From Euryarchaeota archaeon UBA257 (GTDB lineage: Archaea; Thermoplasmatota; Poseidoniia; Poseidoniales; Thalassarchaeaceae), in assembly GCA_002498985.1 (NCBI GenBank), contig DAJO01000037.1:3356-67355 (forward strand): a stretch of DNA of 64,000 nucleotides. Direction: 5' to 3'. The stretch's first letter is position 1; each line of letters opens with the position of its first letter. Below are positions 8,001-17,300 of the stretch, piece after piece. The position numbers and the translations under genes were made by a program. The notes beneath the pieces are model-generated. The model saw only the letters and a program-made list of their open reading frames with translations, made no database searches and had not been told where the DNA came from.

Positions 8001-10754
8001 AGCATCGTTAGGATTTCTTGGATCTAATGTCCATAAATTACCTCCATTATAAACATCTCCAATCCATCTTCGATTTTCAATTTCCCATCCATCAGGCATT
8101 CCATCTCCATCAGAATCTGTATCAGTCGGGTCAGTAGGGCCATCTGTTCCTCCGCCAGCACCAGAACCAAGCCATCCTTCAAGATGGACTGATAACGCTT
8201 CAGAACCTACTCCTTCATCACAAATATATTCTTGATTTAAGTAGTGACAGTCAAAGTTAGTAGATTCTGTGAACCAACCCCAATATTCTTCACCATCAGT
8301 TAATCCATCTCCATCGGTATCAATATTTCTTGGATCTGTTCCATTGAAACCATTTTCAGAGTTAGTGATAAATCGGAATTCATCCAAATTGGTCCAGCTC
8401 CTATCAACTCCCTCACCAAACTCTGAGTCGTATAGAATTCCATCCGCGTCAGCATCTCTATCACGGTCATATGGATCAGTTGGATCGAGACCATGAATAA
8501 ATTCCCAACCATCAGGCATCCCATCAAGATCGGAATCGGTAGATTGGGGGTCAATTGGCATGATATTCATGTAATTCCCAGGAGAAATACCTGCAAACAA
8601 GATTATTGATTCAGAAGATTCTAAAGTAGTTAATGAACTGACTAAACCAGGAAGGAATGTTTGATTATCTGACATTCCAGTTACTCCTTGGTAACCTCCT
8701 TCAAGAACCCAAGTCCCATCTTTAGAACCAACAATTACTTGATTGCTAAATGTATGAATTGAATGAACATCATTTGATCCTGAAAGCCAATTTTCCTGAT
8801 TCCACATCCTCTCAGAATCAAAAGCAGTTAGTGGCATTGATATCAATTTATCAATATCAATCAGATGTAAACCTCCTGATGTGCCAATCCAAGCACCTGT
8901 GATTAATTCAAAATTACCGGATGCGTCTTTAGGACCTGCAGGTTGGAGAATATTTACTATAGCCGACTTTGAAACGTTGAGTAAATCTGCTTTTTGAACG
9001 AAATTTTCTGCGTTTTCCCTGTTGAATACCCACCAAGGAGTACCTACTGAATCAGAGCCATCTGTGGTATTCCAAGCCATTAATCCTCCATCAGTTCCAA
9101 TGAGGAGTAAGGGGCCACGTCCATCCATTTCCATATGCAAAGCAGTATTGACATTCGCCGCATTATTGGATAAAATCTCAGATGTTGATTCAAGATAAAT
9201 TAGAGAGTTTATTGATTGCCCGGATATCGATGCAGTCCAAACATCTTGTCCCGAGAAAAGCATTAGATCTAGGCTTCCACTACCTGTACTAAGCACAACC
9301 ATCTCATTAATCGAACCGACAGAAACGCTAGATTCAGAGTCTTCAAAAGTTGTTGAATCTATTTGTGGGACTCCGTTCTGCATTTCTGCTATTGATATTC
9401 CTTGATTAGTTAACAATATTAGATAGTCGCCATCATCATTCGACCAATCCATCATTGAATTCAAAACTAAACCAGATGGTAGATTAATCATTGAAGATAC
9501 TTCATTAAAGGGGTCCAGTATTGTAATCCCAAATTCTGAACCTACGAGTAATCTATCTCTCTGATTGTCTGAAATGATACTATGAACAGCCGCATCAACT
9601 AATTGCGGCGAAGTAGACTGATCGTATGTAGAGAAACTATCGTCAGAGTGAGATAAGTCTATACTCCTTAGACCAGGAGTCACAGATACTCCTTGGTCAT
9701 AAAATATCATATATTCTTCATAATTGCTAAATGATTCCCCCCAACTAGATGTTGCTACTGAAGTATCAGGAATAATGTATCCATCTCTATCAAGATCCCA
9801 ACCGTCTGAATCTGAATCTAGAATTGCATCACTAGCATTTCTTGGATCAAGGCCATAATGTACTTCCCAGCCATCAGGAATACCATCTCCTGGAACTGCT
9901 AAACCTACAGAAATAACTTCTGCCCAAGAATAATAATCAGAATCTGATTCAGTAGGGTCACTACCAAGCCATCCGTCTCCGGTTTCCCTCTCTACTGATT
10001 TCTGACAGGAGTCAGAATTTAATAGATTAATTTCTCCAAAACACCACAAACCATCTCTCTCAGTTATCCAATTATCAGGGGTTCCAAAAAGATACTCTTC
10101 AGAATTAGTATACTTCTCAGTATCGTCTATAATACCATTTCTATCGACATCAAAACCATCTCCACAACCAAATGTAAAATCAGCACATCTATCAATATCT
10201 TCCCACATATCGCTAGAGTCTAAAGGGTCGAACCAAAGACATGTCCATGCATTAGTCGTATTTAGATAACCAAGACCGCCTTCAGTGCACATATAAATTT
10301 CATACCCATCTGGTAGACCATCACCGTCTGTATCAGCTACTCTCGGGTCTAGCCATTCTCTCATTCCTGAATCTGTTAAATCACCTGGCTTACCCGTTAA
10401 AGAAACTCTATCAGTAAAGCATCTGTCTAGCGTATATGGCCAACAATACTCAAGGAGGGCACTAGCACCATCATTATCATGGTCAGACATATTGTCAGTA
10501 CCATTTCTAGAATCAAGTCCGGATATACTAATTATCTCAGTGCCTAAATCAATAATTATATCTTCTCCGAATAGTATTTCTTCATGGAAATCAGGTATCT
10601 TATCTCCGTCTTCATCAGTTACTGGAGGTCCGCCCCCTGCGGCTTCACCTGGGTCGACATTTTCTACGGGTGCTTGTGGCCTGGTTTGAGAAACAAAGGC
10701 TAAACTTGACAGAATTAGAACTGTCATAAGAAGTGCTGTCTGTTTACGCCTCAT
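5034..10754 (-). CDS. giant secreted Ca-binding protein with thrombospondin type-3-like DxDxDG repeats and an inserted beta-propeller-like domain
   Basis: Signal peptide MRRKQTALLMTVLILSSLA. Many D-x-D-x-D-G-[LMI]-P-D-G-[WY]-E and N-x-E-E-Y repeats. Central beta-rich region (LLVGSEFGITIL, LLIGTDGGL, WIGTSGGL, VIVGSKDGTW). Confidence 0.85.
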   Translation of the reverse strand: MRRKQTALLMTVLILSSLAFVSQTRPQAPVENVDPGEAAGGGPPVTDEDGDKIPDFHEEILFGEDIIIDLGTEIISISGLDSRNGTDNMSDHDNDGASALLEYCWPYTLDRCFTDRVSLTGKPGDLTDSGMREWLDPRVADTDGDGLPDGYEIYMCTEGGLGYLNTTNAWTCLWFDPLDSSDMWEDIDRCADFTFGCGDGFDVDRNGIIDDTEKYTNSEEYLFGTPDNWITERDGLWCFGEINLLNSDSCQKSVERETGDGWLGSDPTESDSDYYSWAEVISVGLAVPGDGIPDGWEVHYGLDPRNASDAILDSDSDGWDLDRDGYIIPDTSVATSSWGESFSNYEEYMIFYDQGVSVTPGLRSIDLSHSDDSFSTYDQSTSPQLVDAAVHSIISDNQRDRLLVGSEFGITILDPFNEVSSMINLPSGLVLNSMMDWSNDDGDYLILLTNQGISIAEMQNGVPQIDSTTFEDSESSVSVGSINEMVVLSTGSGSLDLMLFSGQDVWTASISGQSINSLIYLESTSEILSNNAANVNTALHMEMDGRGPLLLIGTDGGLMAWNTTDGSDSVGTPWWVFNRENAENFVQKADLLNVSKSAIVNILQPAGPKDASGNFELITGAWIGTSGGLHLIDIDKLISMPLTAFDSERMWNQENWLSGSNDVHSIHTFSNQVIVGSKDGTWVLEGGYQGVTGMSDNQTFLPGLVSSLTTLESSESIILFAGISPGNYMNIMPIDPQSTDSDLDGMPDGWEFIHGLDPTDPYDRDRDADADGILYDSEFGEGVDRSWTNLDEFRFITNSENGFNGTDPRNIDTDGDGLTDGEEYWGWFTESTNFDCHYLNQEYICDEGVGSEALSVHLEGWLGSGAGGGTDGPTDPTDTDSDGDGMPDGWEIENRRWIGDVYNGGNLWTLDPRNPNDADEDADNDGLSNLCEYKWSNLLQSVINEGLPSHGESSDAALNWTATDPNNVDSDGDTLPDGWEARYSCSWSIDAAGLNPLNGSDALNNPDGDGYDVNHNGILELEERLVNWMEFHLKSELIFSDSTDNGIPFPENFTTLLFNDTWEDFAGGSFGKYASNSYNNLINATSEIDIGSGNPLSSDSDQDGMPDGWEFFHARWSLFDSAWTLNPVNENDRIGDPDGDGMNNWEEYNVISSNLSEIDNLITVPQFYLLYFGGEYLPNPWLSAESSSSFGSFLSPEQINLTGFTADPNNPDTDSDGLLDGMELIFTRWNSTDGVWTLNPLVPNDGNYDSDNDGISDQIELNLTLNNPFNGGLSPPDAPRLWEEAEYLDPSEAENRVYRILFNKEGRAQLALQQFTDWQGGATAKPLLKALFGVSDPTTEDTDRDGMSDGYEYWFTEWNLEDNRWEMNLLTDTDIFVDSDDDSYDCNGDGIITPSESFDNLAEFESRIYGKKLAIDSIPNGTGLVSYGADTVNAYMDEQSMSYSLALSQLYVTFSTKSISSFEKTGLINQINPDNFNISLAGISDPTDSDSDRDGMPDGWEYCFSIYGQYLPVNDYRWSMNPINPFDVNYDPDEDGWYDRQWEDVPATQGKWENRQFTPANIEDQISNGLVPLFFSNIMEYENGTLPLDADSDDDSMVMKPVFTNGEVTDYIQDMNLSDGREVFKYGTNPLDNDTDGDMMPDFYEYYRGWNETNDNWSSYLKIQVQWEQISANNLKPVLISNNVISRPVLNWVWFTHDATDANDAGQDADNDGGWDCSGGNCVYQPYNNFQEYYGVVNASLSSPTLVRQSLLNDCSGNYVEEWWQLRESLLGTCSGSSALTSNYFRMYKINNNDQLFALIVDDNDLDYQYLDTTDDETLCSGEWADSYERFAGDQYHFPNIGLGEYVYGWWTLDIDGDQIADGTDPTKWDTDGDWLNDFFEIEDDMLDGVRGNSASPIRYDDRTTT

Positions 10755-10931
10755 GCTATGACCTCGTCTTAACTACCCTTAGCGACTTTCATGCATTTAT
10801 GACCATGATGGAGCGTCGTTCGGACAAATACACATGATTGATACATTCTGGTGGTATCGAAATGGTGTATAAAAACGATATTTTTGTTATTTGAAACAGA
10901 TTAATTGAAGGACTAAACGTTCGCTCAAGAG

Positions 10932-11762
10932 ATGATTGATATGGGGTTACAGATTACTCATTTAGGTTCAGGTAGCAGAGGTAATTCTACCTTACTAGAA
11001 TCAGATAGTTGTAAAGTACTAATTGATTGTGGGTTCTCGTTGAAACAAACTGAAAAGAGGTTATCAACAATAAAAATTGAACCAAGTTCAATAGATGCTA
11101 TTTTTATTACTCATCACCATGGAGATCATTCAAAATCTGCACTGAAAGCATCTCAAAAATGGGGTTCAAATCTATACTGCAATATTGAAACTGCAATAAA
11201 AATGGGTTGGAATCCTATGTCAGATTGTAGAACATTCGGTAATTTAGAACGAATAAATATTAATGATGAAATAAGTGTTCTTCCAATACCAATCCCACAT
11301 GATGATGCTGAAAATATTGCTTTGATAGTGAGTAACGGTGATGGGAATAGAGCGGGTTTCGTCACAGATCTAGGAGAGGCTACTGTAGAATTGAAAAGAC
11401 ATTTGAAAGGGTGTTCACATATTTCAATTGAAGCGAATTATGACCATAAGAAATTAATGCAGGGCCCCTATCCAGATTCACTGAAAAGAAGAATTACTGG
11501 TCGTGGTGGGCACTTATCCAATAGCCAAACTGCAGAAATTTTATCTGAAATTATGACTCCAGAACTTAGAACAGTTGTTTTATGTCATCTTTCAGATAAA
11601 AATAACGCACCACACCTCGCTGAAAGTGAGGTGTTGATGAGAATTGGTGACGATTTCAAAGGCATGATTTTCATTTCCGAGCAGTCAGGACCAGAATTTA
11701 AAATTATGATTGGAGAGGAAAAAATCAGCAGCCGTATTAATAACGAAATTAGTGACCCATGA
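10932..11762 (+). CDS. MBL-fold metallo-hydrolase, YycJ/WalJ-like
   Basis: LGSGSRGN, LIDCG, THHHGDH, PHDD, TDLG, IEANYD, GHLSN and HLS motifs. Confidence 0.9.
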   Translation: MIDMGLQITHLGSGSRGNSTLLESDSCKVLIDCGFSLKQTEKRLSTIKIEPSSIDAIFITHHHGDHSKSALKASQKWGSNLYCNIETAIKMGWNPMSDCRTFGNLERININDEISVLPIPIPHDDAENIALIVSNGDGNRAGFVTDLGEATVELKRHLKGCSHISIEANYDHKKLMQGPYPDSLKRRITGRGGHLSNSQTAEILSEIMTPELRTVVLCHLSDKNNAPHLAESEVLMRIGDDFKGMIFISEQSGPEFKIMIGEEKISSRINNEISDP

Positions 11763-14277
11763 CTACTCTATGAACAGAGTTTTGTACTTCCTTCATACGA
11801 TCGTTTGCACCAAGTTCGCGGAATACTGAAAGAGCTTTTTGCAGATACTCCATCCTCTGAGAGCGATCGGTCTCAACTTCACCGAGACGGGCAAGTAGCT
11901 CCCCCTTCAAATGACGGAAGTCATTCGCTTCTGCTAGTGCTAATCCCTCTAAATAATGTTCAGAAGCTTCCTCTTTCCTACCCGCGTCGCTTAATACTTG
12001 ACCTAATAGCATTTCAACTTCAACCGCACTATGAGGGTCCGCCTGTTCAGACAGAATCTCTAGAGCACCGGAGTAATGTAACATTGCTAAGTCATTATCC
12101 TTAATTTTAGCATAATATCTCCCTAATACTGCTCTTGCTCTGGCGTGAAGAGTTTCTTGCCCATTATCCTTAGTTTCGTCATGAGCCAACATTGCGTGAT
12201 CTCGGGCACGATCGAATTCGCCCATCTCCAAAAATGCAGATGCGAGACGGATTCTTGAATCGCATAATTCAGGATTACTTTCTGACTCTAATAACTCTTC
12301 CACGTTACCGTATACTTCTAAGGCGTGCCTATTATCTCTACGGCGACGGAAAATATAACCCATGTTATTATAAGAACGAGCCGCAGAAACTGCGTCTCTG
12401 GTCTTAATTTGAATTTCTAATGCCTGTCTATGTAATTCTAATGCATCATCCATTGCACCTCTTTTAACTGCAATATCAGCCCTAGAAGATAATAATCTAG
12501 CTAATTCCTTATTTTGTTTGTTTTTACGTGCTATAGGAATTGCCGCATCATATTCTTTCTCTGCGGCGTCCCAATGCCCCTGGATCGATAGAATATCTCC
12601 TCTAAGTTCTCTTACAATTCCCCACGATATAGAATCGAAACCTTCCCTGTCCAAAGATCTTAAAATTCCTAGAAGTTCTGTGTGTCCTGATTGTACCAGA
12701 TTTGGTCCTTCTGAAGAAAGAACTTTTGCTAACTCTTCTATTTGTTCTGAATTATGTAAATGGTGAATAAATTCTATCCTGTCAGTAGGACTTGCCTTAC
12801 GGCCACGGTACCAATTGACTGCATTATTATGTAACTCATGACGTAAATTTTGCTCCATTGAGAGTACTAAAAATTCTCTAACTAAATCGTGAACATCGTA
12901 ATTTTCGCTGTCTGCTTGCCTTGCTAGACCTTTCTCAACTAAATCATCTAAAAGATCGATTGCTGCATCAAGATCACTCAATGCACTCAGAGGCATTGGT
13001 TCACGGAAAACTGCAATAGCACCTAGAAGCCTCTTTTGTGGACCAGATAACCTACTAAAGATTTCTTTCTCGACAAATGTTTCTAATGTAGCGTGAAAAG
13101 TCCCCCCTACACTACCTCTATTTATCAATTCTAAAACTAGTGGATGACCTCTAGAAAGCGAATAAATGTGGAGGAATTGAGGAGCGTCCATATCCGGCAT
13201 AGCGGAGAGAATCTGTTTACTTGACTCTTTATCTAATCCTTCAAGAGGCATTACTAAAGTGAGAATTTTCCCTTCAGAGTCTTTCTCAGGTACAACCATT
13301 CTAAAAGATCTAGAGAACATAATTACACCTACTTGACTGAGGTTGGGAATCCTTGTTGCTATTCCTCTCAAGATAGTAATTAGAGTTTCATCGCCAACTT
13401 TATGTAAATCGTCAATTACAATTAAACTTGGAGAATTCCTAAGTCCTTCTATGATTAAGTCAATCGTGACATTGGACTGCGGTATTGGTGTTGCAGCTAA
13501 GTAATCAGAAAGCCCATTATTACCCATTGTTGCTTGCCATTCCGCGGTAGCCTCAAGAAATGCTCTCGAACCTTCCCAATCTTGGCAGCGATGATATAGT
13601 AAATTTCTTTCATGAGTGAATCTCTCAAGAATTTTTCCAGCAAGAGCGGTCTTTCCAATGCCTGCAATTCCTGGAACTAATATTGAAGATGACCTTTTTT
13701 CAAGAAGATTAACCATGTCGTCAACTTCTTTCTCTCTACCGAAAAATTTTCTAGTTCTTGGTAGGTCATTGAAAGAGGTTACTAATTGCTTCTCAATATG
13801 TTTTGATAAATCTCTCTCAATTAATTCAGCTGAAAGGACCGATAAATCTAAGCTACCATTATCATCGATATATCTCAAGATATCTACATGTCTTAATGGT
13901 AAATCAGTTAGCTCAAGAGCATTAATTAAAGCCACGCTTTTTGAACTCCCATCGGGAAATTTCAGCCTTACATTTTGAGTACTTACTTTTTCCCAAATTC
14001 CATTAGCGACTTTTATCCCGTCGTCAGTTAGGAAATACGCTTTTCGCTTACGGGAAACTCCAGTTACATGTGCCTGCCTTTCAATAAGTAGACCCTGTTC
14101 CCTCATACCAGAAATTGCTCTAGGGACATTAGATCTCGCAATTGCTACCGAGTTAGCGATGCCCATCTGCGATAATGCAAATGGTACTTCGACTCTACCA
14201 GCATGTTCAACATAGTCCCTGAGGTGTAATAATATCCTCTCTTGGACGCCGGGCCTTGGCACTGCCATGTTGCTCAT
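11749..14277 (-). CDS. winged-helix + STAND (NB-ARC-like) ATPase + TPR protein
   Basis: N-terminal wHTH (LSQMGIANSVAIARSNVPRAI...YFLTDDG), FFGREKE, Walker A GIAGIGKT, Walker B LIVIDDLH, GHPL motif, HDLVREF, and a C-terminal TPR array. Confidence 0.88.
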   Translation of the reverse strand: MSNMAVPRPGVQERILLHLRDYVEHAGRVEVPFALSQMGIANSVAIARSNVPRAISGMREQGLLIERQAHVTGVSRKRKAYFLTDDGIKVANGIWEKVSTQNVRLKFPDGSSKSVALINALELTDLPLRHVDILRYIDDNGSLDLSVLSAELIERDLSKHIEKQLVTSFNDLPRTRKFFGREKEVDDMVNLLEKRSSSILVPGIAGIGKTALAGKILERFTHERNLLYHRCQDWEGSRAFLEATAEWQATMGNNGLSDYLAATPIPQSNVTIDLIIEGLRNSPSLIVIDDLHKVGDETLITILRGIATRIPNLSQVGVIMFSRSFRMVVPEKDSEGKILTLVMPLEGLDKESSKQILSAMPDMDAPQFLHIYSLSRGHPLVLELINRGSVGGTFHATLETFVEKEIFSRLSGPQKRLLGAIAVFREPMPLSALSDLDAAIDLLDDLVEKGLARQADSENYDVHDLVREFLVLSMEQNLRHELHNNAVNWYRGRKASPTDRIEFIHHLHNSEQIEELAKVLSSEGPNLVQSGHTELLGILRSLDREGFDSISWGIVRELRGDILSIQGHWDAAEKEYDAAIPIARKNKQNKELARLLSSRADIAVKRGAMDDALELHRQALEIQIKTRDAVSAARSYNNMGYIFRRRRDNRHALEVYGNVEELLESESNPELCDSRIRLASAFLEMGEFDRARDHAMLAHDETKDNGQETLHARARAVLGRYYAKIKDNDLAMLHYSGALEILSEQADPHSAVEVEMLLGQVLSDAGRKEEASEHYLEGLALAEANDFRHLKGELLARLGEVETDRSQRMEYLQKALSVFRELGANDRMKEVQNSVHRVVMGH

Positions 14278-14345
14278 ATTAGTACAGCAATCTGAATCAA
14301 TACAAGAAGTTTCGGTGGTGGAGTCTCTGACTCAAGTCATCAAAA

Positions 14346-17300
14346 TTAATAATTTGGATCTTCAATCCATTCATTAGATTCTTCATCCCAAATCCATCCA
14401 TCAGTAGATTCTTCAACTTTAGAATCCATATTCTCCGTGGAGTCAATAGAAGAGATATCATCATTTTCATCATCACCATCATCTTCAATTTCTACAAAGA
14501 AATATACAAATACAGCCCCTAAGAGAGCCAGGATTACTATTGAAATTATTCCAATCATTAAACTTGACATGCCATCATCTGCAGCCCCTACTGAAATCTG
14601 AACACCACTTGAATAGTCCGAACCAACATATCTGAAATCAGGTGTGACTGGGCCTTCATCGAATCGAGAGGATGGGATATCTAGAGACCATGTAGAGTCA
14701 CTATTTACAACAGTATTATTGGCAGGCACCTTATTAATCAGAGCAGTGACTGTTTTTCCAGGTAATCCTACACCCGAGAATGTTACACTTTCTCCATCTT
14801 TAACAACAGTCACATCAGGAACATCAATTTGGAAACTTATTGGTATTACTGTGAAAGTAACGTCTAATGAAATTTCTTTAGAACCAAATGGATCAGTCGC
14901 TACGAAAATTACATTTTCTAATGTCCATGCATCCATATCGGAGTCGTAGAAGAACATAGAAATTGGATCATAGACAGCGATTCCATCCTGACCTACATTA
15001 ATTACTAATGCGAAATTATCATCGGAAGTTGCTTCAGAATCAAATACAGATAAAATTAGATCCTGTCCATTATCGATCTCTGTGAAGAATTGATTAAGAT
15101 CTATCTCAGCCTTAGTACATCTATCTTGTGATTGGGACTCAATTTCACAGTAAAGAGTTATTTCTTGCATCCAATTTTCTGAATTGAAAACAGGTTGATT
15201 ATTTCCAGCATCTGAAGGGTTATCAGCAATTATTGAAATTGTAGTCATATCACTGTAATCATATCCGTCATATGATCGGACATCAATCTCATATTCGAAG
15301 TCATGTTGTAAAATTGTTGGATCCCAAGTAGTTGACCATGCTCCATTAGTTTCAAAATCAGATACTGATTGTTGGTGAACGATGATATCTCCGTTGAAAA
15401 TATCTCTGACAGTGATATCTACTCTAGAAACAGAGCCATCATTATCTCTTGCAACACCCTCAATCGTATTATCAGAGACTGAAAGCCTTTCGCCATCCAT
15501 AGGTGTCAGTAAACTTACGAAAGGTGCTGAATTAGAATTGTCAATAGTCAATGTCATTGTTACTGGTTCGCATTCATCTATAACACTAAGACAAAAATCT
15601 GAATCTGATGCCCAAATTGTGAATGTGTATTCAGAAACAACTCTTGGTTGACCACTAAAGTCCCATGTCCATGACCAATCAGCACCACCAGTTGTTGGAG
15701 TTGTACCTTCGAAGTTAGGCCCGCTAATATAGAAATAAATTTCCCCTACATCTTGACTACAAGCAATAGGACAACCATATTGATCGTAAGCAGTTCCCTC
15801 GAATGTGACGGTACCATCTGACCAAGTTGAGCCATCGCTTGGAGTACTTACACTAATTACAGGAGGAGCCGCGTTCAACTTAATTGTCCTTGTAATAATT
15901 GGACTGTAATCGATTCCATCAAACGATCTAAACTCAAAAGTATAGTCAGTTTCTTGATACCCAGACATGTCAAATGAAAAATACCAAGAATTGAATGGGT
16001 GATTGAAACGCGTAACAGTCCCAGGTTCAGCCCCACTATCATCAACTGCCAGACCAGCAGAAGTCCATTCACTTGTGAAAGGATCTCTTACTTCTACAGA
16101 ATGGATATATCCTTTTTGATCCCATTGAGCTAATTCATCTGTAGCATAAAATCCTGCTAATTGACCGTCATGCGCAGAACCAGTAAAATTCACGACTTTC
16201 CTGAACGAATGACCTGTTTCTTGAATTACTGATATAGATGGACCTGTATTTACTAAATTTATTACATCTTGATACGTAGTATCTTGAATAATAAAGTCAT
16301 TTCTATCATAACCAAAGCCAAATTTGTATGCAGTGTAATAATAACGAGAAAGTTCCCTAGTTCCTGCACTATAATCACAATCATCATCGTTATTATCAAT
16401 CGTTAAATCACCATCATTGTCTATCCCATCGGAACATGAATCTTCATATTCATCGTCTGCAAAACCATCAGGGTTATCCCCTCCAGCAAGGCCTCGGAAA
16501 TCAAGATGCGAGTCTGATGCTAGTGCAAACCAGGGAGTGTATCCATCTTCATCAGTGTACAGTGAGTAGAGATCATTTCCTAGAGCATCTTCAATTAACA
16601 CATTTGCATTATCTACTTTCATCCCATCTACCAAGGTTTGGAACCTCACCATTTCAGCCCTTCTTACTTGAACTGCAAATTGAGTTGGCTGAGACTTGAT
16701 AAAAATCTTGGAGGTGTCGACATTTGAAAGATTGGCGAATGTAAAGACTGTAGAGTTATTATCCATATTAACTGCCAATGGGAAGTTTCTAGGTGTTAAA
16801 TTATCACAACTAGAACATTCAGAAATTGGTGTTGGAATTATAGCACCCTGGAATCCATTTGCAGGCCAAGCCTCTTGATCGGGCCAGTCTAGTATTACAG
16901 GATACTCACCAGGAGATGCACTTGGAATGAACTCAGATTGAACAGTTACAGAAGATTTAGTAATGTTATAAGCCGTTTCAATACCATTCCAAGTATTCAA
17001 TGAAAAGAAGCCAAGAGAGCCATATTGTTGTGTATTTGCAAATCCGCTATCATAATTTCGGATTACTGCTCCGGTGCCTGGAGTGTTAAACAAATTTCTT
17101 TGGACATCCATCAATCCACCTATTGCTCTGATACCATCGGCATCTCCGCCTAAGCTAAACTCATTGTCATAGAGTGTTACACCTGAACGGAATACACTTA
17201 CTGCAGGGCAGGTATATTCGCCACCCCAGTACTTGAAGCTAGAACAGGTTCCTGGTGAATTCACACTCACTGTATTATTCGTAAAATGAAGCCTGGATGC

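Noticed and set aside
5034-10754. Recurring CCATC/ATCAGG-type nucleotide repeats as a CRISPR array or DGR template
   Set aside because: They are degenerate codon-level echoes of DGMPDGWE protein repeats within an ORF. There is no constant repeat-spacer period, and no cas or reverse transcriptase gene.
10932-14277. MBL hydrolase next to a STAND-TPR ATPase as an Avs1-like antiviral system
   Set aside because: The genes are convergent rather than operonic, the MBL has housekeeping YycJ-type motifs, the STAND protein has an HTH rather than a protease or nuclease effector, and there is no defence-island context.
14321-14333. GAGTC-TCT-GACTC mini inverted repeat between the beta-helix and STAND genes
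   Set aside because: A 5-bp stem with a 3-nt loop is too short to distinguish from chance.
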